Source: Cenarchaeum sp. (GTDB lineage Archaea > Thermoproteota > Nitrososphaeria > Nitrososphaerales > Nitrosopumilaceae). From it: DNA of 64,000 nucleotides. The notes under the pieces are model-generated. The model searched no databases. It had not been told where the DNA came from and worked only from the letters and a program-made list of their open reading frames with translations. How positions within the stretch are numbered: the first letter of the stretch is position 1; every line of letters starts with the position of its first letter. This document shows, one piece after another, positions 26,326 through 36,494 of the stretch. The stretch spans positions 1,312,001 to 1,376,000 of the forward strand of contig CBDESU010000001.1 in NCBI GenBank assembly GCA_965242695.1, read 5' to 3'. The position numbers were made by a program, and so were the translations under genes.

Positions 26326-26784
26326 CGCGGCGCGGCCGGGCGGGCCGCGTTTATGCCTTTTGGCCCGCCATGTCGGCGGATCTGGGGCGGATTCCAGCAG
26401 GGATGCCGCATGTTTTGGCGCCGCGGCCCCGAGCCGCGGCCTGGGCGCCGGCAGCGCATGCGGGCCGGCAGTGAAGAGGCGGCCGCAGTGCGCCGGACGG
26501 CGCCGGTTCGGCCGCATCGCAGGGCGCGGGACCGTACCGATTCTCCCTCCAGTCGACCCATGGGCGGGGGGCGGGCGCGGCCCGCTGCGGGTGCGGGGAT
26601 CTGCCGGCCCCGCCCCGAATGCCCGCATGAAAGTGCGGCAGGGCCGGCTCGGTGCCGGCTGCCCGCAGCGCGGATCGCACCCGTGCCGCATGCCGGCGAT
26701 GCGGCCTGCGGGCGCCGGAACGGGCGCCGGCGCGCGGCCGGGCGCCCGCCGCAGTTATACGGCGCCGGCAGGGCCGGCGCGGCG

Positions 26785-27666
26785 TTGGCCGCCGGCCCCG
26801 CAGAGGCGGATGCAGACGACAGCGCCGGCGCGCGGGGAGCCCGGCTTGGCCCCGAGGCGGCGCGAGGCGTGGCCGCCCTCATGGCCCGCGCCGCATCCCT
26901 CAAGGAGGTGGCGCGCCAGGGCTGGATCGACAAGGCCGGGATCGGCAGGCCCGAGTCGGTCGCAGACCACTCGTACGCGACGGCCCTGGCCGCCGCCGCA
27001 GTGGGCGACTGCTCGGGGCTTGACGCGCTGCGCATGGTCCGCATGGCCCTGCTCCACGACCTTGCAGAGTCCATTACGGGCGACATCGTGCCCGGCGCGA
27101 TGCCGGCCGGCAGAAAGGCAGGGATCGAGCGGGCCGCAATGGACAGGATACTCGGCGGGCTGCCCGAGCCCCTGCGCGGCGCGTACGGGGAGGCGTGGGC
27201 CGAGTTCGAGGAGGGCCGTACCGCCGAGGCCGCCATGGTCCGCGAGCTCGACAAGATCGAGATGGCCGGGCAGGCGGCGGCGTACGCGGGCGCCGGGCGG
27301 CCCGAGGGCCTCGCCGAGATCGCCGAGTCCGCGCGGCAGGCCGTCTCGTCGCCTGCCGGAAGGGCCCTGCTCGCCGAGGCGTCGCGGCGCGGCGCGCGCA
27401 AGGCAGGGGCCGAGAGGCGCCCGGCGAACGGGGCGGCCGGCGGCGGCGGGGAGGGCGAGACGATAGAGGCGCAGAGGACGGTAATCGGCATACTGTTCGA
27501 GGTCGTAAGGAGGCTCCAGGCAAACGCCGACCTGGACGGCGAGTACATGGGGATAGTGGCGGCGGGCAGGGCCGAGGAGAGGCGCGGCAGGCTCGCCGAG
27601 ATAGCGGCCGAGAGGAGCGCCAACTCTGACGCGGCCGCGCGCCTGCTGCGGCGGCTCGAGCCGTGA
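26785..27666 (+). CDS. HD-domain hydrolase (HDDC2/YfbR-like) with a fused C-terminal helical domain
   Basis: LKEVARQGW, ESVADHS, ALLHDLAES..GD, LDKIEM; in-frame TTG 25 bp after TTATA. Confidence 0.85.
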   Translation: MAAGPAEADADDSAGARGARLGPEAARGVAALMARAASLKEVARQGWIDKAGIGRPESVADHSYATALAAAAVGDCSGLDALRMVRMALLHDLAESITGDIVPGAMPAGRKAGIERAAMDRILGGLPEPLRGAYGEAWAEFEEGRTAEAAMVRELDKIEMAGQAAAYAGAGRPEGLAEIAESARQAVSSPAGRALLAEASRRGARKAGAERRPANGAAGGGGEGETIEAQRTVIGILFEVVRRLQANADLDGEYMGIVAAGRAEERRGRLAEIAAERSANSDAAARLLRRLEP

Positions 27667-28061
27667 GGCGCCGCCCCAGCGGCGCCCATTCCGCGCCCGC
27701 GGCGGCGCGGCCGCATCGAACAAGCATCGGGCCAGAGCCGAGCGCCGCTTCCGCACAGATCGCCTGGCGGCCCCGCCGAGGCCGCGTGCACGGCAGTGCT
27801 GGCAGGGCTGCCTTGCGTCATAACTTGGCGGTTTGACGCCCAGCGCCTGCCGTTGATGCGGGCCAAACGATGCCGAGTGGATCGGCGGCCCGCTGCGACG
27901 CCCGTCCTAGCGCAGTGCAGCCTGGCACGGCCGGCATCAGGCGATGCTGCGCCGCCGCAGGGCGGCATTCAGGTTCACGGCAGCCTGGGCTCCCGAACCC
28001 GCACGGCGGCGGCGGGCTGCGGCGGGCCATTTGGCGGCCCGGCGCCTGCCGACGCCGGGCC

Positions 28062-28232
28062 CTAGCCGGGCAGGACTATGATGCGCTTGCCCGACACCTT
28101 GAATGTGATGCGATCCTGGAGGCCCAGCCGGCCGACAATGGGCTTGGGGACGGTGCACTGGTAGCCCCTGCCCTCGAAGTAGCCCATGCCCACGGCAAGC
28201 TCGGCGGCATCAGGCTGCCATCTTCCGCACAT
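28062..28232 (-). CDS. Small AbrB-like protein (56 aa), not in the ORF track
   Basis: MCGRWQPDAAELAVGMGYFEGRGYQCTVPKPIVGRLGLQDRITFKVSGKRIIVLPG; TTTAAG box about 22 bp upstream. Confidence 0.6.
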   Translation of the reverse strand: MCGRWQPDAAELAVGMGYFEGRGYQCTVPKPIVGRLGLQDRITFKVSGKRIIVLPG

Positions 28233-28573
28233 GCCCGCCCCTGCGCCGCCCGCTTAAAGGCGGAAAAATCGGAGTGGGCTCAAAAGGGCGATCGGCGACG
28301 AGATCAAGGCGCGAACGCCGGCACCTATGAAACCCCCAGGGGCGCGCCGGCCAAGTCGGTGTCCTGCGTCATGCGACCGAGGGCCGGCCGGCGGCATCCT
28401 TCTTAAACATTGCTCGCGTCGCCCCCTATGGGGGCGGCAACCGGCGGGGGCCGGGGGCCTCGATGCGGCCCGGCCGGTAGGCCAGGCTTCGGGTGCTGGT
28501 CGGGAAAAAACTATACATAATCCACGAGGGGTTGTGGAAAAAAGCTGACCTCGTGTGAAAGATTGTTGACAAC

Positions 28574-29947
28574 GTGGGTCAACACCCCCGTCGGCGCATG
28601 CGGGTCATGCCAAGGAAAGCAGAGGCACCAAAGGGCGGGGCGTTCCTTCCGGAGACAAGCGCCGAGGAGCTGCTCACCATGTCAAAGAGTGCCACAAACG
28701 GGATCGATGCGATAAGGTACATGGCCATGCACATGAGGAAGATCGGCTGGGAGATCGACCAGATTGCCGAGGGCTTGGGGCGCAGCCCCGAGACGATCAG
28801 GAGATGGCTCACGCGGGCGCACAGGGAGGGCATCGGCGGTGTGCCCCACGTCAAGAAGGGGACGCTCTGCCGGCTGTCCGTCGAGGAGCGCGGCGAGCTG
28901 GCCTGCGACATCGCGACAACGCGCCCGATCGACCACGGCCTTGTGGGCACCGCATGGGACTACAAGACCGTCCAGATCCACATCAAGAACAAGTTCAAGA
29001 GGGAGTACACGTACAACGGCACGCACCGGCTTCTCCAGAGGATGGGCATCCGCCCGATGGCGCCCCGCCCCGTCCATCCCGACGGCCTCGGCGAGGAGGA
29101 GCAGTACGAGTACAAGCGCGCAATGCGGGCCCGCGCCCAGTCGCTCCACAGGCAGGGCTTCAAGGCGCAGGGCGGCGCCGACGAGGTGCACATCGCCGTC
29201 GACGAGCGGCCCACCAAGGGGCTCGGGATGAAGGGAGGCCGTCCCGTGTCCGTGCCGTCGTCGGTGGCAATGGGCCGCCTTACGTGCTTTGTGGCCCTCT
29301 TTGACGGCGCCCTGTACATAATGCGGGCCAAAAAGAACGCCAACACCGACGAGTTCATAAGGTTCTGCAACATGCTGTTGGAGATCGAGGGCATGGTGCT
29401 GCTCTGGGTCGACAACGTAAGGTACCACAAGTCAAAGCGCTTTGAAAAGTACCTCGAGGACAACCGCGACCGCCTGCGCGTGTTCTACCTGCCCGAGTAC
29501 ACGTCGCCCCTGGCCGTCGCCGAGACCGAGATGGGCCCCATCAAAAAGGCCGCCGCCAAGAGGTCGCCAAAGGACAGGGAAGATGTGTGGAAGGCCCTGT
29601 GCGAGGCGGCCGCTGCGGATGACCTGCCCGTCAAGCAGCTGTACGGATGGATGCGCATCTACGACCCCGATCCCGGTCCGACGGCGATGGCCCCCAAGTA
29701 CGAGTACGACGGCGACCTGCTCATCGTCAGGTCGGACGCGCCGCCCGAACCGGCGCCCAAGCGGGGCAGGATCAAGTCGGCGTCTGGCGACGACGGCATC
29801 CTGACGTTCGAAGAGTTCAAAAAGATCCCGAAAAGCGTGTTTGACTCCGACGGCAACATGCTCAAGCCCTTCCTGATGCTTCCAACAGGAGCGCTGCGCA
29901 ACATGGCGCCTGGCCTCTACACCAGTCAACCCAACTCTGGGCGTTGA
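28574..29947 (+). CDS. IS630-family transposase; last codons replaced by the ISH3 insertion
   Basis: HTH IAEGLGRSPETIRRWL, DDE motifs ADEVHI, WVDNVRYH, LPEYTSPLAVAE; original end LYTP* found at 31458-31469. Confidence 0.9.
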   Translation: MGQHPRRRMRVMPRKAEAPKGGAFLPETSAEELLTMSKSATNGIDAIRYMAMHMRKIGWEIDQIAEGLGRSPETIRRWLTRAHREGIGGVPHVKKGTLCRLSVEERGELACDIATTRPIDHGLVGTAWDYKTVQIHIKNKFKREYTYNGTHRLLQRMGIRPMAPRPVHPDGLGEEEQYEYKRAMRARAQSLHRQGFKAQGGADEVHIAVDERPTKGLGMKGGRPVSVPSSVAMGRLTCFVALFDGALYIMRAKKNANTDEFIRFCNMLLEIEGMVLLWVDNVRYHKSKRFEKYLEDNRDRLRVFYLPEYTSPLAVAETEMGPIKKAAAKRSPKDREDVWKALCEAAAADDLPVKQLYGWMRIYDPDPGPTAMAPKYEYDGDLLIVRSDAPPEPAPKRGRIKSASGDDGILTFEEFKKIPKSVFDSDGNMLKPFLMLPTGALRNMAPGLYTSQPNSGR

Positions 29948-31457
29948 CGGTGGGCTAGGACCATCGATCTTTTTTGGTCAGATATGTGCCCGCGCCAAAC
30001 CGTCTTGATCAGCGATACTTCATAAAAATATAACCTGAAAACGAAAGACGTATAACTACTCACGCGGGCGGCCCCCCGGAATGGGGCAGAAAAAAGGGCC
30101 AAGCAAGGGCGGCGGCGGGAAAAAGAAGGATCTTACAAAGTCTCAGCAGAAGTTCATGGCGAAAAAGTCGACCAAGAAGATATCGCAAAAGTTTGGACAG
30201 ATCAGGAAGGCCGGCTTCGCCATCAAGAAGATGACCGACAAAATGACCCAGGGGGAGCAGTTCGTGGACTTTTCCGGCGACTCGCGGGCAAAGTACGGCG
30301 CCGCCGAGTTCCACAAGAACATGCTCAACGGGTCCCTCTTCAACGCATCGAGTACCACCTGCGCCGAGCTGTCCAAGATAAAGGCAAAGGAGGAGGGGGG
30401 CAGGTCCAGCGGCTGCGAGTGGCAGCGCCTCAAGATCAACTCGGCCAACGACGAGCGCAGCGCGCGCGTGCTCGAGGACGAGGCGCGCGAAGCGATCGAG
30501 GAGCTGCGGCGCAACGGCCGGCTGTCGGACACCCCCACCTTTGCCGTCGACATACACGTTGAGGAGCGCTGGGACGGCGGGCGCCTAGTCACGCGTGGCG
30601 TGTCCGAGGCGCAGGTCAAGATCAACAGGGAGGCGCGCAGGCGCCTTAGGAAGGAGAGGAAGCTTGTCAGGTCGAAGTCTAGTCGCGGAACGAGCCAGTT
30701 TGAGGCGTACATCGTACTGCAGTGCGTCGACAAGGGGGTGCAGATCGTGGTGGCATGCCTGCGCGTCGACGACCTGTCCAACCTTGCACGGTTCATCCCC
30801 ATACTGGCCGACAAGATCAAGGCGCTGGGGATAAGCCGCGCCAGGCTGCTCCTCGACAGGGAGTTCTTCAACGAGGCCGGCATAGAGGAGCTGATACGGA
30901 CAAGGTTCCGCTGGATCACCCCCTGCCGCAACACCCCGGCGGTCAAGAAGGCGCTCGCCAAGTTTGCCGAGACCGGAAAAAAGACGGGCGTCGTGCGCAT
31001 GACCATCACGGGCGAGGACGGCAGGGAGACCAAGTACTGGATGCGCATCGAGCCGCGCAAGAAGGGCGAGGAGGACGACGGGGATGAGGACGGCGCAGCC
31101 GGCTCGAGGAAGGGCAGGAAGCTCGAGCCGCACGAGAGGTTCATCGGGTTCGCCGTCAGCCACCGATCGGAAAAGCCCCGCCACTACAAGAAGAGGTGGG
31201 GGATCGAGACGCGGTTCAAGATGGTGTCGATCAGGCGGAACAAGACGTCGAGCACCCTGCCGAACGCTCGGTTTCTCTGCTTCATCTACTCCCTGTTCGC
31301 CAGCAACGTGTGGGTCATGATCAATGCCGTGTTCTGGCGGCACCCGTCGGACTACGTTCCGCGGATATCGCTAGCGGCCGTGCTCTCCATGAGCGTCAGA
31401 ATGCTGGAAATTCGCGAGCCTAAACCGCCCCCGTAAGGCCCAGAGTTGGGTTGACTG
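29923..31457 (+). mobile_element. ISH3-family element nested in IS630
   Basis: 20-bp TIRs CAGTCAACCCAACTCTGGGC and 5-bp TSD TACAC. Confidence 0.9.
30081..31436 (+). CDS. ISH3/IS4-like DDE transposase
   Basis: FAVDIH, LLLDREFF, YKKRWGIETRF motifs. Confidence 0.9.
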   Translation: MGQKKGPSKGGGGKKKDLTKSQQKFMAKKSTKKISQKFGQIRKAGFAIKKMTDKMTQGEQFVDFSGDSRAKYGAAEFHKNMLNGSLFNASSTTCAELSKIKAKEEGGRSSGCEWQRLKINSANDERSARVLEDEAREAIEELRRNGRLSDTPTFAVDIHVEERWDGGRLVTRGVSEAQVKINREARRRLRKERKLVRSKSSRGTSQFEAYIVLQCVDKGVQIVVACLRVDDLSNLARFIPILADKIKALGISRARLLLDREFFNEAGIEELIRTRFRWITPCRNTPAVKKALAKFAETGKKTGVVRMTITGEDGRETKYWMRIEPRKKGEEDDGDEDGAAGSRKGRKLEPHERFIGFAVSHRSEKPRHYKKRWGIETRFKMVSIRRNKTSSTLPNARFLCFIYSLFASNVWVMINAVFWRHPSDYVPRISLAAVLSMSVRMLEIREPKPPP

Positions 31458-31861
31458 TACACCCCGTAACGCGCGACGGCCAATCAAGAATGCGCGCTGC
31501 CGGATGCCTGCCGCCGGCAGCGTTCCCTGTTCCGCAATTGAGCCGTCCGTATGTGCACAACAAAGGTGCGGCAGGACATATCGCTTCCAACATGAGTCGC
31601 ATTTCTGGACTTGATATTTTTACCCCCTTTCCCATTTTCCACCAATAAAGAAATACCCACATTGGCTCATGGATTACGTATACCCCTGGATCTTCTGAGT
31701 CATGTCGGAACGCATCGCCTTGTCGAGTTTTGCCAGCTTGCTCTGGTACAGCTTTTCGTTGCGGTACCAATATAGCGTATGGTCTCGCTCCATGGCCCAC
31801 ATTATCCGCAACATCTTGTTGGCCACGTGCGTGACCGCGATCACGTGCTTGCCGCCGTGTC

Positions 31862-34141
31862 GTAACTATCCCGGTTTTTGAAGTGGCTACGACGGCGGGC
31901 ACGCCTGTCGCATGCGCCGGAGCGGCGTGCGGCAACGATGGCACTCCGACGGGCCGGTGCAGCGGCGCTTTTGCGGCGCGTGTTTCGGGTGCGGGAAAGA
32001 AATGGGGGGCTAGCGGGCCGCTTTTGCGCGCTTCGCGCGGCCGCGGCCGGGTTTGCGGCGCGTCCGACTCGACGGCGGCGGCTTGCCCGGCGGCTTGCCC
32101 GGCGGCTTGCCCGGCGGCGCCGGCGCCGCCAGGTCGCCGACCGAGGGCCCGTCGAGTGTCGACCACGTCAGCCGCCTTGCGCCGCCCCTCGTGGCTCGGC
32201 CTTTACGGCTGCCGCCCCCCTTGTTCCCGCTCTTGCCCTTGCTCTTGCTCTTGCCCTTGCCCTTGCCGCCGCCGCTGTCGGGCGGCTTCACCCGCCTGAC
32301 TGTCGAGTTGCCGGCCAGATGCCTCGCCACGCTTCCGCAAAAGTCCAACCCCCTTGCGTTGCAGGTCCGCTCTACGCCGTGGATCACGGCGTGGTCCTCG
32401 GCCCCCTCCAGGCTGCGGTTGCCTCCCGTGACCTTGCGTATGGAGACGCTGGGCCTAAAGGGCCGCTCGCCGTCGTTGTTGTGCCAGTCTACGCCGTCCA
32501 CCTCAAGGAACGTGCAGATCTTGTTGCGCTCCCTCCTGAGGCGCTTTGCGAACCTCTTGCAGTCGGGATCCGTCCACTCCGTGTCGATCAGCTTGTCGAG
32601 GCGCGCCTCCAGGTCCTTCTTGCACTCGAGCCGCTTGCGCTTGGACTTGAACTTGTCGGCGCGCTTGGCGTCCTCTATGATTTTGATCAGCTCCGGGGCC
32701 ATCTTCTCGGTGAACTCGGCTCCGGGGCCCTTGTACCTGAGCGTCCGGTCGATCTCGCGCGAGTAGTGCTGGAGGCACACCTGCTCGGCCGTTCCGATGC
32801 CGTTGGTAGCGCCGTACGAGTCCTTGCACACGGTGCCCTCGAACCCCTCGAGGTACCTGCGCGGGACCTCGGAGCCGCGGCTCGCCTCGATCGCAAGCAC
32901 GACGGTCCACTTCGTCACAAAGTCCCACAGCCACACCATCTGCCCGTTGATCCACCACCGCGTCTCGTCGACGTTGACGACGCCGGACGCGCGCACCTGC
33001 CGCACAAACTCCTCGCGCAGTGGCCCCAGGTGCTTTGCCACGCGGTGGAAGGCGCGCGTCAGGTCGTCCTCGTCTATCCTGATGCCCAGGAGGGCGGCGA
33101 GGAGGTACCTGGCCTTTCCATAGGTCAGGCCGCTCACCCGGAAGGCGGCCAGGGTCACGTCCGTGCGCAGGCTGAACCGGCTGTTCGGCAGGGCGATCGG
33201 CGACCATGCCGTGTGCATCTTCTTGTGGAGGGGGCACCACCTGCGAATCTTGAATGTCAGGATCTTGTTGCGCAGCACCTCCATGTCGACGACGGTCTGC
33301 TTGACCGATTCCACGGGATCCGACAGGGGCGTGGAGCCGTCCACGGGGCACACCTTCTGGTCTATCTCGTACGCCTCGTCGATCGGCTGGTCGGGATCCG
33401 CAAGAAACTCGCTCAGGGTCGGGAGCCCCTCCTCGCCCGGCTTTGCCCCGCCCATGTGGGGGTTCGACAGGGGGGTGAATACCTGCCCCTTTTCGTCCTG
33501 CCCCTTGCCGCCCCCCTTGCCCTTGCCGCCCTGCCCCTTTTCGTCCTGCCCCTTGCCCTTGCCGCCCTGCCCCTTTTCGTCCTGCCCCTTGCCCTTGCCG
33601 CCCTTCTTTTTCCCCGATGCGGATCCGTCCCTTTTTGAGCGCCCCCTCCCCCTTGCATGCATTCCCAGCATCTCCGCCGCTAGGGCGGAGTTGGTCCTGC
33701 GCGCCTCATTCAGATCCCCTTCTAGGCCGGCCGCACGGTCCATAAGCTTTGTCACCGTTTCCACCAGATCTTTCTTGTCGCCCTCCGCCTTTTTTACGCG
33801 TTTGTCGAGCCTGGCTACGGTCCCCTCCAAACGCTTGTTCCTGCTCTGGATCTCCCTGTACCCGGCCAGCAGCTCGGCTTTCGTCCACTGCTCGGGCGGC
33901 CCCTGCGGCTCCTTCCACCGCCGGGCCCCGTCTCTCGCCAAGATCCGCCGTCCGGGCCCACGGGGATATATTAACATGCCTAAATGCGATCGCGCCTTCG
34001 GATGCGGCGCTATACGCGCTGGCACTGCGCCGAGGCGCCAAGTCGTCCCAAGACACCGCCGTGCCACGCGCCCCCTGCCTGCGCCGGCCCCCTGCCTTGT
34101 TGCGATCGGGCAAAAACCACTTCAAAAACCGGGATAGTTAC
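31862..34141 (-). mobile_element. IS66-family element (single ORF)
   Basis: Perfect 25-bp TIRs GTAACTATCCCGGTTTTTGAAGTGG and 8-bp TSD GCCGTGTC. Confidence 0.95.
32010..33978 (-). CDS. IS66-family transposase (TnpC-like); start uncertain
   Basis: Coiled coil, CPVD..CPLH zinc site, VDETRW, QVCLQH..R, HNNDGERPFR. Confidence 0.9.
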
Positions 34142-35094
34142 GCCGTGTCGCTTCTTGACGTGCTCATAGTACTTCTTCAGGTGGTCGTCGTAGCGGACTG
34201 CCACTGATGCCACCTGAATCATTATCCAGTTGAGCTTGCGGTTAACGTCGAGCTTTTTCATGCCGCCATGGCGTAGAGAGTCTCCCGACTGGTGCACGCT
34301 TGGGCACATGCCTACCGTCGAGATAATCTTCTTGGGATCCGAGAATCGATCTATGCCGTCCAGCTCTGCTGAAATCAGCAGCGCAGAGTACGCGTCGACG
34401 CCAGTCATGCTGACGATCCGGCGCACCGTCGGGGCAAACTTTGAGTTTGCCGCCTCGCGGAGAACATCCCTCTCTGCAAGGCCGATCTCGCGGTTGAAGA
34501 ACTCTAGCTGCTTGACGAGGCGCTGGATGTTCGTGTTGTCGACGTGGTTGCCTAGCGTTGTGCCGCGGAGCTGGGTAATGGCTTTGTTCGAGTAGATCTT
34601 GGTCGCTTTTAGGCGTACATCGTACTTTACGAGCAGGGCGCGAAGCCTGTTGCAGACCTTCGTCCTGTCCTGTACGAGTGCGATGATGGCGCGCATCATG
34701 TCCCTCAGCGCGCGCGTCTCCTGGTCGCCCAGGTGGCACGCCGGAAAGGCGTCGCGCCTTAGCAGATCCGCGATCTTTTCGGCATCGTTCTTGTCGTTCT
34801 TGTTGGAGCTCATCCATATGATCCGCATCTTGTACGGACTGCCAAGCTTGAACTCCACATTCTCCTTCGCGCACATGTCGCACAACTTTGCCCACATGTA
34901 CCCCGTGGCCTCGCAGCCGACGACGAACTTGCCGTGCTCCCTGCGCGCTGCCTTGAGGAACCTGCGTGTGCCCTCGGCCGTGTTGCCAAACATGGCGCGG
35001 TCGAGAACCTTGCCCTTGCGGTCCATGATGCATGCATGGTTGGTCTCTTTAGCGATGTCTATTCCAATATATTTCACATTATCACCCCCTTTAT

Positions 35095-35230
35095 CATACG
35101 TGTGGTCGGTCGTAAGCTGCACTCACCTATCAGGGCTCTACGGCCCAGTAACACAGCAGTTCGGACTGCCCCATTCAAGCATGAGGGCTCTGTTGGCCCA
35201 TGCCGTTTGAGGGGTCGCTCGACCACAGGC
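35095..35230 (-). ncRNA. Candidate IS110 bridge-RNA-like structured non-coding end
   Basis: Closing stem tgtggtcg..cgaccaca with internal hairpins gggc-tctacg-gccc, gcagt-tcgg-actgc and gggc-tctgttg-gccc, upstream of the recombinase. Confidence 0.45.
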
Positions 35231-36494
35231 CGGCGCGCCCCAGGGGGTTTACATGGGTTCAAGCATGGGGCAGGAGCTGCTAAAGGTGGGCCTCTGCAAC
35301 CATATAAACGACGATGCACTGGCCAAAGGCTGCACGCCGACCCTGGCGGTCGCCGGCGAAGGATGGGCGGGCAGCAAGCGGCGCCGTGGGAGAAAAGGCG
35401 GCAGGTGCGTAGAGGTGCCAGCCAGGACGAGGGGGATCGGGCAGGGTCAAAGCGACACGCAAGCCTGCCTAGGCAAGGGCCGCCTTACCTTGGCCCATAG
35501 TTGTGACACAAGGCGCGAGCGCGCCGAGGCGCCGGCACTGCCCGCGTAGCCGGCCGCGCTCCGAACTAGGACCGGGGCCTCGCGGCCGGCGGATCTCCCC
35601 GCGCGCCGGAAAGCGAAGACGGGCTGGTGCGATAATTGCGGCCGTCTTGCCGCCCCCCTCCCCCCCCTCCGCGGCCGCCCACGCAGGGCACTTTTGGGAT
35701 CCTGTCCCGCGTCGGGCCGCCCGCAAGAGACATATCCGGCATGGCGTGCCGCGCGGCATTGCACGCGGCACATGGAACAGGGGCGGCGCGCCGGGCGGTT
35801 GCCCTGTGCGGCCCGGCCCGAATCCGAAGGGCCCGCGGGTGCGCCGTGCCCGCCGTCCGACACGGCACCCGCCACCATGCGGCGCCGGCAGGGCGCGCGC
35901 GGAGGGGGCAGGGCGGCGCCCTGCCCGCAGGGGCGGCGCCCGGCCCGCCCCACGGAGGCAGGTTCTGTTGACGTTCCTAGCAATGGGCCGCGCAAAGGAA
36001 TGCATCGTGGCGCTCTCGGACCGCATGGAGAGCGTCAGTCATTCCCATCCCAACGAAGTGACAAAGTACGATCTGAGCGACGCGGGTGAATACTACATAG
36101 CCCTTTCGGGCGACGGGAAGACGGCAGGCGGCCTGCTAAGCAGGCTGAGGCTCCGCCAGCCCTCGGGAGCCGGCGTCCTCGGGGAGATCGACAGGATATC
36201 TGCCGAACTGTTCGCAATGGAGCTGAGGGGGCAGGTGGCCGGCCACCTGATCGTGGCAGGCGGCGGCGAGTTCAGGGCGTACACCATTGCCGTCGTATCC
36301 GGCATCGCAGTGTACGTCCAGAACAACGATCCCATCCACATGGAAGGCGACACAAGGGCGGCCGCCGTTTGCAGGAACCTTGCGCTGGACATGCCCCTGG
36401 CGGACATGCCCTGCGAGACCGCCGTCAAGTGCCTGCATTCCATGGCGGGCCGCATTGCAGAGACGGTCGACAGCGTGGGGGACGGCGGCAAGCA

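Larger units (their letters stand above)
14992..26530 (-). repeat. Tandem array of five approximately 2.3-kb two-gene units
   Basis: Unit periods 2299, 2303, 2306 and 2300 bp; a cggttcggc(g/c)gcat motif occurs at each junction and at both outer edges. Confidence 0.95.
28514..31680 (+). mobile_element. IS630-family element
   Basis: TIRs TACATAATCCACGAG / CTCATGGATTACGTA, each flanked by a TA duplication. Confidence 0.85.
31681..35077 (-). pseudogene. IS110-family DEDD recombinase interrupted by IS66
   Basis: YIGIDIAK, EATG, KNDKNDA and SGDS motifs; GTG start after GGGGTGA; continues in frame past IS66 as GGKHVIAVTHVANKMLRIMWAM..IQG. Confidence 0.9.
28325..35260 (-). mobile_element. IS110-family element carrying three nested IS elements; exact ends approximate
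   Basis: Sub-terminal 23-bp inverted repeats at 28330-28352 and 35228-35250 (22/23 match) bracket a split DEDD recombinase gene. Confidence 0.75.

Noticed and set aside
14992-26530. Diversity-generating retroelement as the cause of array variation
   Set aside because: No reverse transcriptase in the window, and differences are shared multi-base blocks rather than adenine-specific changes
34010-34141. C-terminus of the 370-aa IS110 ORF as listed in the track
   Set aside because: It is read-through into the IS66 end; the true C-terminus lies at 31853-31681
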